A stretch of DNA of 43,273 nt, from assembly GCA_026985555.1 (NCBI GenBank), contig JALSQF010000003.1:128605-171877 (forward strand). Reading direction: 5' to 3'. Made by a program: the position numbers and the translations under genes. The notes under the pieces were generated by a model, which saw nothing but the letters and a program-made list of their open reading frames with translations, searched no databases and was not told the origin of the DNA. Numbering within the stretch: position 1 is the first letter of the stretch; each line of letters opens with the position of its first letter. Of this stretch, positions 1-7,477 are shown in pieces. This stretch comes from Candidatus Moraniibacteriota bacterium (GTDB lineage: Bacteria > Patescibacteriota > Minisyncoccia > Moranbacterales > UBA9337).

Positions 1-2
1 AA

Positions 3-491
3 AAAGATATTCATTTACATTCTAAACTTTATTTCCAATCAGAGATGGCTGTTTTATTAGGAGGTTATGTGGCAGAAAAAGAAATTTTTGGGGAAGAAAA
101 ATTGACCACAGGAGCATCTAATGATTTAGAGAGAGCTACTCATATGGCTAGAGATTTAGTGACACGTTATGGTATGAGTTCATTAGGTCCAAGAACTTTT
201 GGTAAAAAAGAAGAATTAATTTTTCTTGGAAAAGAAATCAATGAAGAGAAAGATTATGCGGAGAGCACAGCTGAAAAAATCGATCAAGAAGTTTCTCGTT
301 TTATTCAAGAAGCAGAAGAAAAAGCCATACGTATTTTAAAGGAAAAGATGTCTATTCTAGAAAAACTAGCTCAAACATTACTAAAGAAAGAAACCATAGA
401 GAAAGAAGAATTTGATCAAATTGTTTTTGGTGAAAATGAACAAGAAGAAAATTTAGAAGAAAAAAAGAATAATTCAGAAATAAAAAAATAA
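3..491 (+). CDS. ftsH: ATP-dependent zinc metalloprotease FtsH, C-terminal M41 domain (5'-truncated by window edge)
   Basis: Frame is open from position 3. LLGGYVAE, TTGASNDLERAT..A..LVTRYGMS.LGP and IDQEV..FI are M41 motifs. Confidence 0.93.
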   Translation, partial: KDIHLHSKLYFQSEMAVLLGGYVAEKEIFGEEKLTTGASNDLERATHMARDLVTRYGMSSLGPRTFGKKEELIFLGKEINEEKDYAESTAEKIDQEVSRFIQEAEEKAIRILKEKMSILEKLAQTLLKKETIEKEEFDQIVFGENEQEENLEEKKNNSEIKK

Positions 492-535
492 AAACATTTT
501 TTGTTAAATAGTTCAAATACTAATATAAAAATAAA

Positions 536-1531
536 ATGAAAGTTAATTTCATTAAAATTATAAAAAATGCTTGGCAAATAACCTGGTATAACAAATACCT
601 TTGGTGGTTCGGAGCAATTATTTTTTCTAGCGGTATAAGTTTTAATTATACCTTTCCTTTTAGTGAGAATTATAAAAATAAATTAGAATTCAATAAAATT
701 AAAATTGAAACGATAAAAAATTTCAAAATCGCTTTTTTTCATTATGAGACAATTATAATTTTTTTTGTTCTTCTTTTTTTTCTTTTTATTTTTTTCTTAT
801 GGATATTAAGCGCTATTGGCCAGGGGTCTTTAATAGGGTCTTTGTATAAATTAGCTCGGGGAGAAGAAGTGAGTTTTAAAAAAGGATTAAGAGAAGGATT
901 GCATTTTGGAGTGCCTTTATTTTTATTGGGATTATTATTTTTTTTCTTTAATTTAATTTTAATTTTAATTTTATTTCTTCCTGTAACTTGGTTAATTTTT
1001 TCAGCACAATTTATAGCAGGTTTTTTATTGTTTTTTCTAGCCTTACTCATATTATTTCCTTTTATAATTTTTTTCAATTTTCTAAAAATTATAGCCAGTT
1101 TTTATATTGTAATAGGAAAGGTAAAAATAATTGATTCTTTAAATTTAGCCTATATTTTTTTAAAAAAACAATGGAAAAATGTTTTGGTTTTAGCTTTACT
1201 TTTAATGATCATACGAGCAGTTTTTAGTTTTATATTATTAGCTCCATTTTTAATATTTTTCTTTTTAATTTTGTTATTTAGTATTGGTTTAGGACATATT
1301 ATCGCAATACAATATTCTATTTTAATAATTGTATCAATTAGTCTAATTTTAATTTTATTATTATTTAACGGAATACTAAATACTTTTTCTTATGCCAGTT
1401 GGTTTTATTTATTTGTAGAAACTGCTGATAAACAATCCCCAGATGATTTTTCTGAAAAAGATCTTAATTCAGATCTTGAGAAAGATGTTTTATTGCCAGA
1501 AAAAAAAGCGCCCGTAATTAGTAAGAAGTAA
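536..1531 (+). CDS. Multi-pass integral membrane protein, function unknown
   Basis: 331 aa with about 6 very hydrophobic segments; IIKNAWQITW..KYLWWFG start; charged tail. Confidence 0.75.
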   Translation: MKVNFIKIIKNAWQITWYNKYLWWFGAIIFSSGISFNYTFPFSENYKNKLEFNKIKIETIKNFKIAFFHYETIIIFFVLLFFLFIFFLWILSAIGQGSLIGSLYKLARGEEVSFKKGLREGLHFGVPLFLLGLLFFFFNLILILILFLPVTWLIFSAQFIAGFLLFFLALLILFPFIIFFNFLKIIASFYIVIGKVKIIDSLNLAYIFLKKQWKNVLVLALLLMIIRAVFSFILLAPFLIFFFLILLFSIGLGHIIAIQYSILIIVSISLILILLLFNGILNTFSYASWFYLFVETADKQSPDDFSEKDLNSDLEKDVLLPEKKAPVISKK

Positions 1532-1536
1532 TTTTT

Positions 1537-2310
1537 ATGTCTTTAATTAAAACAGAGAAAGAAATAAATCTGATGCGTGCTAGTGGAAAACGTTTAGCTC
1601 AGGTAATGATGGAATTAGAGAAAAATGTTCTGCCAGGAAAAAATACATTATCTCTAGATAATTTAGCGGAAAAATTAATTCTTTCTTTAGGTGGAAAGCC
1701 AGCTTTTAAAAATTATGGAGATCCTGTTAATCCTTTTCCGGCAACAATTTGTGCTTCTCTTAATGAAGAAATAGTGCATGGTATTCCTTCAAAAGAAAAA
1801 ATGTTGAGAGAAGGAGATCTTTTAAAAATTGATATAGGGATGATTTATAAAGGTTATTATTCTGATATGGCAAGAACTTTTCCCGTAGGAAAAATTAGTT
1901 CTGAAGCACAAAAAATAATGGAGGTAGTGCGGAAAAGTTTTTTTTTAGGAATAAAAAGCTTAAAAGAAGGAGCCTGGTTAAGTGATTATTCTAAAGCTGT
2001 GCAAAAATATGTGGAGCAAAAAGGTTTTTCCGTGGTAAGAAATTTAACTGGACATGGAATAGGAAAAGAACTACACGAAGAACCTTCCGTTTATAATTTT
2101 TATGATCAGAAAAACTATAGAGATATGCCTTTGAAAAAAGGAATGACTTTAGCTTTAGAACCGATGATAAATCAGGGAACTTTTGAAACAATTTTAGGGG
2201 AAGATGGTTGGGTTTTTGTTACAGCAGATCGGAAATTAAGCGCTCATTGGGAAAATACAATTTTAATCACAGAAAAAGGAGTAGAAATCTTGACGGAAAC
2301 AAAAAAATAA
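1537..2310 (+). CDS. map: Type I methionine aminopeptidase
   Basis: ICASLNEEIVHGIP, KIDIG, SDMART, GHGIG..LHEEP, LALEPM, SAHWENTI metal-ligand motifs. Confidence 0.97.
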   Translation: MSLIKTEKEINLMRASGKRLAQVMMELEKNVLPGKNTLSLDNLAEKLILSLGGKPAFKNYGDPVNPFPATICASLNEEIVHGIPSKEKMLREGDLLKIDIGMIYKGYYSDMARTFPVGKISSEAQKIMEVVRKSFFLGIKSLKEGAWLSDYSKAVQKYVEQKGFSVVRNLTGHGIGKELHEEPSVYNFYDQKNYRDMPLKKGMTLALEPMINQGTFETILGEDGWVFVTADRKLSAHWENTILITEKGVEILTETKK

Positions 2311-2352
2311 TTAAAATAATAAAAGTAATAATTAATCTATCTATTTAAACAT

Positions 2353-2631
2353 ATGAGTAACGTAAATATTCAACCATTAGGAGACAATCTTCTTTTAGAA
2401 CCAATTGTTAATGATGAACAAAAAACAGAAAGTGGCATTTATCTTCCTGAAACAGCGGAAGGGGAGAAACCACAAGAAGGGTTAGTTGTAGCCACAGGAG
2501 ATGATGAAAAAATAAAAGTAAAGAAAGGAGACAAAGTAATTTTTAAAAAATTTAGTGAAACGGAAATAAAAGTGGAAAACAAAGATTATTATATTATTAA
2601 AAATGAAGATATTCTAGCTGTGATTAAATAA
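2353..2631 (+). CDS. groES: Co-chaperonin GroES
   Basis: IQPLGDNLL, KTESGIYLP mobile loop, VKKGDKVIF, EDILAVI; 92 aa. Confidence 0.95.
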   Translation: MSNVNIQPLGDNLLLEPIVNDEQKTESGIYLPETAEGEKPQEGLVVATGDDEKIKVKKGDKVIFKKFSETEIKVENKDYYIIKNEDILAVIK

Positions 2632-2653
2632 TTTTTTCTTAAACAAACTTAAT

Positions 2654-2662
2654 TGTGGATAA
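2654..2662 (-). promoter_or_regulatory. Consensus DnaA box
   Basis: TGTGGATAA is the reverse complement of TTATCCACA; intergenic single copy. Confidence 0.45.
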
Positions 2663-2679
2663 CTTTAAGATATATTTAT

Positions 2680-2708
2680 TTGACAAGAAACTAAGTTTAT
2701 TTTAAAAT
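2680..2708 (+). promoter_or_regulatory. sigma70-type promoter for the 2770-5496 surface-protein cluster
   Basis: TTGACA (2680-2685), 17 bp, TAAAAT (2703-2708). Confidence 0.65.
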
Positions 2709-2719
2709 AAACTTAGTTT
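2688..2719. repeat. 32-bp perfect palindrome (terminator for groES and/or operator overlapping promoter)
   Basis: AAACTAAGTTTATTTT|AAAATAAACTTAGTTT. Confidence 0.85.
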
Positions 2720-2769
2720 TTGTTTAGATTTGTATTTTTTAAATTTAACTAAAAAATAAAAATAAAAAT

Positions 2770-3918
2770 ATGTTAAAAAAAATATTTTTAGCGTTAGTAA
2801 TTTTAATTGGTATAAGCGCAATCTCTTTTAATGTTGAAGCTGGAAGCAATGATAATGTTAGAGGTTGGTTATGGGCCGGAAGTGATACTAATTTTGGTTG
2901 GATAAGTACTAATAATATTACTGGTGGAGGAAATGTTAATTATGGACTTAATATTCCTGCTAATGATGGTAATGTGACAGGATATGCTTGGAGCGAAAAT
3001 TTAGGATGGATTAATTTTGAGCCTGAAGGTCCTTATCCAGCTGCTCCTAATTATAGCGTTAAAAGAGTAGGTAATAAACTGGAAGGTTGGGCTAGAATAG
3101 TGAGTATTCAAACTGCTAGTTCAATAGGTAATTCTGGCGGTTGGTTGGGTTGGATTAAAATGAGTGGGACAGTTCAAGTTGGAGGTTATTATGGAGTTAC
3201 GATTACCCCTAGTAGTGGTCAGCTAAAGGGTTATGCTTGGTCTGATGAATTAGGTTGGATTGACTTTAGTAGAGCCCAAACTAATCCGACAGTAACACAT
3301 CATTTAAATATTTGTAATATTTGTAGTAGCGGTAATCCTTTGCCAGCATTAACTATGAATATAAATGATACTAGAAATTTAAGAGCTTGTTTAGCTGATA
3401 GTGCTAGTAGTTGTTCGGGAACAGATGTAACTGCTAGTGCTAGCTGGAATGATACAAATAGTCCTCAGGATGCCGTTAGTATTCCTTCTAAAGGAACTGT
3501 TCAAGCTAATAAGGCTGGTAGTGAAAATGTAAATGTTTCATATAATGATAATGGGAATTCTCTAAGTAATAGTTTGCTAGTTAATGTATCAGATAATAGA
3601 AATTTAGTTGTTTGTGAAAATTCTTGTACAGGAGGAACATTAGTAAATACTCTTCAAATGAAAAAAGGAAATACTCAAAATTTAAAAGCTTGTTTAGTTA
3701 CTAACTCTAATAGTTGTTCGGGAATAGATGTAACTACTAGTGCTAGCTGGAATGACACAAATAATCCTCAGGATGCCGTTACTATTCCTTTTAAAGGAAC
3801 TGTTCAAGCTAATAAGGCTGGTAGTGAAAATGTAAATGTTTCATATAATGGTAAAAATACTTCTTTTACAGTTAATGTAACAGGAGGAGTAGATGACTGG
3901 AGAGAGGTAACTCCTTAA
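2770..3918 (+). CDS. Secreted surface protein: G[WY]AWS..GWI repeats plus two Cys-containing Big_2-like Ig repeats; ends DDWREVTP
   Basis: Signal peptide ending VEA; GYAWSENLGWI and GYAWSDELGWI; DVT.SASW..GTVQANKAGSENVNVSYN twice. Confidence 0.8.
   Translation: MLKKIFLALVILIGISAISFNVEAGSNDNVRGWLWAGSDTNFGWISTNNITGGGNVNYGLNIPANDGNVTGYAWSENLGWINFEPEGPYPAAPNYSVKRVGNKLEGWARIVSIQTASSIGNSGGWLGWIKMSGTVQVGGYYGVTITPSSGQLKGYAWSDELGWIDFSRAQTNPTVTHHLNICNICSSGNPLPALTMNINDTRNLRACLADSASSCSGTDVTASASWNDTNSPQDAVSIPSKGTVQANKAGSENVNVSYNDNGNSLSNSLLVNVSDNRNLVVCENSCTGGTLVNTLQMKKGNTQNLKACLVTNSNSCSGIDVTTSASWNDTNNPQDAVTIPFKGTVQANKAGSENVNVSYNGKNTSFTVNVTGGVDDWREVTP
3408..3850 (+). repeat. Intragenic direct repeat, ~140 bp near-identical at 303-bp offset (3408-3547 / 3711-3850)
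   Basis: Direct comparison; both run TAGTTGTTCGGGA...GTTTCATATAATG. Confidence 0.9.
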
Positions 3919-3962
3919 AATTAAAAACGAGAAAATAAAAATAAATATTAAAAAATAAAAAT

Positions 3963-4541
3963 ATGAAATTTTTAAAAAATAACATAATGACCAATAGAAA
4001 GGTTTTAGGTGTAACTATTGTAATTGTATTAATATTTATTTTGGGTTTAATAATCTTTTTAGGTTTTTTTAAGAAGGAATCTTACGAATATTATTTGTCT
4101 AAAATGAATTTAAATAGATTTAAATTTAAAAATTATAATAAAAAGATTCATAAAGAGGTTGATTTTAACAATACACCTCTTTCTGATAAAGAAAAAGAAG
4201 AAATACGCGTTCTTTTGGAAAAAGAAAAAAATAATTCAAGAAATTCAGATTTAACATCGGATCAAGAAAATGAAAATTTCAAAAAAATTGATTCAATTTT
4301 AAAGAAGAGCTTGGTTAGTAACAGACCTCTTTCTGATAAAGAAAAAGAAGAAATACGCGTTCTTTTGGAAAAAGAAAAAAATAATTCAAGAAATTCAGAT
4401 TTAACATCGGATCAAGAAAATGAAAATTTCAAAAAAATTGATTCAATTTTAAAGAAGAGCTTGGTTAGTAACAGACCTCTTTCTGATAAAGAAAAAGAAG
4501 AAATATGCGCTCTTTTGGAAGAAATTCAAAGAAACCGATAA
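3963..4541 (+). CDS. N-terminally membrane-anchored protein with 50-aa tandem repeat
   Basis: Single TM (VLGVTIVIVLIFILGLIIFLGFF); PLSDKEKEEI occurs three times. Confidence 0.75.
   Translation: MKFLKNNIMTNRKVLGVTIVIVLIFILGLIIFLGFFKKESYEYYLSKMNLNRFKFKNYNKKIHKEVDFNNTPLSDKEKEEIRVLLEKEKNNSRNSDLTSDQENENFKKIDSILKKSLVSNRPLSDKEKEEIRVLLEKEKNNSRNSDLTSDQENENFKKIDSILKKSLVSNRPLSDKEKEEICALLEEIQRNR
4175..4520 (+). repeat. 150-bp tandem repeat, 2 identical units plus a partial third
   Basis: ACCTCTTTCTGATAAAG recurs at 4175, 4325 and 4475. Confidence 0.93.
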
Positions 4542-4617
4542 AAAATATTATTAATAAGATATAGTGTAATTGAATTTAAAATAAATAATAATTAATTTAA
4601 TTTAATAAACTAAAACT

Positions 4618-5496
4618 ATGAAAAAAGAAATGAAAACCAATCATTGGTTAGGGATAATTATTACGGGAATTATGTTAGGTGCTTCTATCCAATTTGCAAT
4701 GGCTTGGACAGAACCTTCCTCAAAGCCTCCCAAGGGTAATTTGGCTGCACCACTCAATGTGGGGAATAAATTTCAAGAAAAAGCAGGAGGATTGTTTATC
4801 AATAGAGATAATGTATCTGGATTTGGGTTGATGAATAGAAATTATTTAATTAATTATGGTAGTATTATTGCTATGCATGGGGGAAATGTTATTGCGTCAA
4901 AAGATGTACGTGCCTCTGGTGATGTAATAGCTGATGATCAGGTGTATGCAGGAAGCGGTAAGTATAATCTAATATTAGGAACAGTAAATTCTGTTAGTGA
5001 TTATAGAAAAGTAGATAATATAGGTGGTCCTTGGATTTATGCTTTTAATTCTTCTCCTGACGCACATTCTTTAAATGGATCTATAGGAATTAGAGTTCGT
5101 CCTTTAGGTAGCCAGGCTGGATTGGTAGTAGGAAAAGGTAAGGGAAGATGGGCTGATGTATGGGCAAGGACGTTTCATTATACTTCTGATAAAAGATTAA
5201 AAAAAGACATTAAGACAATTAATAATGCTTTAGAAAAAATAACTAAAATTAGAGGAGTAGAATATAAAATGAAAGATGGTAATGTTCCAGGAATGGGGGT
5301 AATTGCTCAAGAAATTGAAAGTCAATTTCCCGCTTTAGTGAGCACTGGTCCTAGTGGCTATAAAACCGTTGAATATAATGGTTTTATAGGTGTTTTTATA
5401 GAAGCTTTTAAAGAGCAGCAAAAGCAAATAAAAGAACAACAAAAAGAAATTGATGAACTTAAACAAGCTCTTCAAGAGCTAAAAAATAGACAGTAG
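4618..5496 (+). CDS. Secreted fibre-like protein with C-terminal peptidase S74 intramolecular chaperone domain
   Basis: Signal peptide ending AMA then WTEP..PP.GN.AAPLNVG; TSDKRLKKDI..I.NALEKI..IRGVEY, GVIAQEIE..FP.LV; terminal coiled coil. Confidence 0.85.
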   Translation: MKKEMKTNHWLGIIITGIMLGASIQFAMAWTEPSSKPPKGNLAAPLNVGNKFQEKAGGLFINRDNVSGFGLMNRNYLINYGSIIAMHGGNVIASKDVRASGDVIADDQVYAGSGKYNLILGTVNSVSDYRKVDNIGGPWIYAFNSSPDAHSLNGSIGIRVRPLGSQAGLVVGKGKGRWADVWARTFHYTSDKRLKKDIKTINNALEKITKIRGVEYKMKDGNVPGMGVIAQEIESQFPALVSTGPSGYKTVEYNGFIGVFIEAFKEQQKQIKEQQKEIDELKQALQELKNRQ

Positions 5497-5521
5497 AACA
5501 AAATAAATTTCTTTTATAATT

Positions 5522-5551
5522 AAAACCAACCTTTTGGCGAGGTTGGTTTTT
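5522..5551 (+). terminator. Rho-independent terminator
   Basis: AAAACCAACCT, loop, AGGTTGGTTTT(T), just after the 5496 stop. Confidence 0.8.
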
Positions 5552-5552
5552 A

Positions 5553-5751
5553 AAATGGATATTTAAATAGCCAGAAGGAAAAATACTTTTTAAAAATTTA
5601 AAAATATTTTTTGAATTTAAACTTATTGGTTTAAAAATATATAAAATATTTAGAAAATAGAATTAGAAAAAACTATAAATTAAAGAAAAGACTATTAAAG
5701 GAAGTTAATTGTATATCATTTTTTAAAAGTTTGAATAGAGTTTTAGATGAA
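5553..5751. repeat. Dispersed intergenic element copy A: right half (24 bp) of the 48-bp palindrome plus AT-rich tail
   Basis: AAATGGATATTTAAATAGCCAGAA at 5553-5576; tail aligns with 19772-19910 and 20035-20066. Confidence 0.9.
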
Positions 5752-5818
5752 TTTTTAAAAAAAGATTTATATAGGAATATGGAGGAATGTTCAAGATGCA
5801 TTCTTTTAATAGAGTTAT

Positions 5819-5847
5819 TTGACAAAAGTTAAAAATTAATTTACACT
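5819..5847 (+). promoter_or_regulatory. sigma70-type promoter of rpsF operon
   Basis: TTGACA (5819-5824), 17 bp, TACACT (5842-5847). Confidence 0.75.
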
Positions 5848-5872
5848 AGTAAAGTTAAATAAAATATAATTT

Positions 5873-5963
5873 AAAGTCCCTTTTTATTTCACCTCTAAAT
5901 CTTAAGAGGATAAGATAAAAACGTGCCGATAAAGTAGCAGGCAAGGGTCTTTATCGGTTTTTT
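5873..5963 (+). ncRNA. Structured rpsF 5' leader (candidate S6:S18 r-protein leader / attenuator)
   Basis: GC-enriched island; hairpin CCTCT/AGAGG; CCGATAAAG (5926-5934) pairs with CTTTATCGG (5949-5957), followed by T6. Confidence 0.55.
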
Positions 5964-5989
5964 AGTAAGTAAAATAAATTTAAAAAAAT

Positions 5990-6643
5990 ATGGAATATGA
6001 AATTTTGTATTTAATAGGAGAAAGTCAAGAGAATAATTTAGTAACAATTAAAAAAGAAGTAGAAGGTATTATAATTAAACAGGGAGGAAAATTTTTAGAA
6101 GAAGAATGGATAGAGCAAAGAAAATTAGCTTATCCTATTCAGCACGAAAAAAGAGGAACTTATATAGCGCGTCGTTTTGTATTACCTGATAAAGATCAGC
6201 GATTTAAAGATAAGATTAAAAAAGATTTCATTGGTAATATTACTCGTAAATTAAATTTGCAAGATAATATTTTACGTTTTATAATAGTAAAAGCAGAAGA
6301 ATTGCCGCCTTTAGAAAATAAAGAAATTGCAGAAATTAAGCCAGCAAAAGACAAAAAGGAAAATTTAAAAAACAATAAAGAAGAATCAAAGATAGAAAAG
6401 AAAAAAACTGATTCAAAAACGAAAAAAACTGAAACAACAAAACTGAAAAAAGAAGATAAAATAGAAAAAAAAGAAGTTGATAAAAATAAAGAAACTAAAG
6501 CAGAAGTTAAAAAAGATATTCTAGAAGAAAAAGATAAAATGTCTTCTCAAAATACAGAAAACAAGAAAAAAGAAGATTCAACACTAGAAAGTGATAAAGG
6601 TGATGATATTGATAAGAAGTTAGAAGAAATTTTAAACATTTAA
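5990..6643 (+). CDS. rpsF: 30S ribosomal protein bS6 with long charged C-terminal extension
   Basis: YEILYL, RKLAYPI, ILRFIIVK; precedes ssb-rpsR. Confidence 0.93.
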   Translation: MEYEILYLIGESQENNLVTIKKEVEGIIIKQGGKFLEEEWIEQRKLAYPIQHEKRGTYIARRFVLPDKDQRFKDKIKKDFIGNITRKLNLQDNILRFIIVKAEELPPLENKEIAEIKPAKDKKENLKNNKEESKIEKKKTDSKTKKTETTKLKKEDKIEKKEVDKNKETKAEVKKDILEEKDKMSSQNTENKKKEDSTLESDKGDDIDKKLEEILNI

Positions 6644-6696
6644 TTAAAATTAATTTTTTAATCTTTTTCAATTAAAAAAATTGAAAAAATAAAACT

Positions 6697-7212
6697 ATGA
6701 ATGTTAATAAAGTAATTTTAGTAGGTCGTTTAACTCGTGATCCCGAATTAAGAAATACAAATTCTGGACAACCGGTAGCTACAATTAATTTAGCTACTAA
6801 TCGTTTTTGGACTGATCAATCGGGACAAAAACAAGAACAAACAGAATTTCATCGTGTAGTTATGTTTGGAAGATTAGCAGAAACAGTTAGCCAGTATTTA
6901 ATTAAAGGCCAAGAAGCTTACATAGAAGGACGTTTGCAAACTAGAAGTTATACGGATAAAAGTGGAGTAGAAAAATATACTACAGAGGTAATAGCGAATG
7001 ATATTCAATTTGGAAGTAAGCCTCAAGGATCAAATTCTGGAACATATAATCAAAACATTTCTAATCAAAATCAAGCAGTAGAAAAAAATAACGAAAATGA
7101 TACAAAAAATAATGTATCAGGAGAAACTAAAAATACATCAGAAGAAGAAATACCTACTATAAATTTAGATGAAGAAGATGATGAAATAAAAATTGAAGAT
7201 GTTCCTTTTTAA
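6697..7212 (+). CDS. ssb: Single-stranded DNA-binding protein
   Basis: NKVILVGRLTRDPELR, EGRLQTRSY, acidic C-terminal EDVPF. Confidence 0.98.
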   Translation: MNVNKVILVGRLTRDPELRNTNSGQPVATINLATNRFWTDQSGQKQEQTEFHRVVMFGRLAETVSQYLIKGQEAYIEGRLQTRSYTDKSGVEKYTTEVIANDIQFGSKPQGSNSGTYNQNISNQNQAVEKNNENDTKNNVSGETKNTSEEEIPTINLDEEDDEIKIEDVPF

Positions 7213-7262
7213 TAATAAGATTTAAAGTTAGAATTTATATTTAAATATTAAGAAATAATTTT

Positions 7263-7469
7263 ATGGAAAAGAAAAGTTGTTATTTTTGTCAAAATAAAAT
7301 AGATCATATTGATTATAAAGATGCTTATCTTTTAAGACGTTTTTTGAATTCTCAAGGAAAAATTTATCCTCCTAAACGTTATGGCACTTGCGCTAAACAT
7401 CAACGTCGTTTAACTCAAGCAATTAAAAGAGCTAGAATTATGGCGCTAGTTCCTTTTGTGATTAAATAA
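7263..7469 (+). CDS. rpsR: 30S ribosomal protein bS18 (zinc-binding C+ form)
   Basis: CYFC, IDYKD, GTCAKHQR..AIKRAR.MALVPF. Confidence 0.97.
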   Translation: MEKKSCYFCQNKIDHIDYKDAYLLRRFLNSQGKIYPPKRYGTCAKHQRRLTQAIKRARIMALVPFVIK

Positions 7470-7477
7470 TTCTTATT

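Noticed and set aside
2654-2662. oriC
   Set aside because: Single DnaA box, no cluster, no dnaA/dnaN and no switch in gene orientation.
4618-5496. Prophage
   Set aside because: No integrase, terminase or capsid genes, and the protein has a signal peptide.
5779-5832. 17-aa ORF MEECSRCILLIELFDKS
   Set aside because: Too short, overlaps the rpsF promoter, no supporting evidence.
5873-5963. Known metabolite riboswitch or SRP RNA
   Set aside because: No recognisable consensus of these families; an r-protein leader is more parsimonious.
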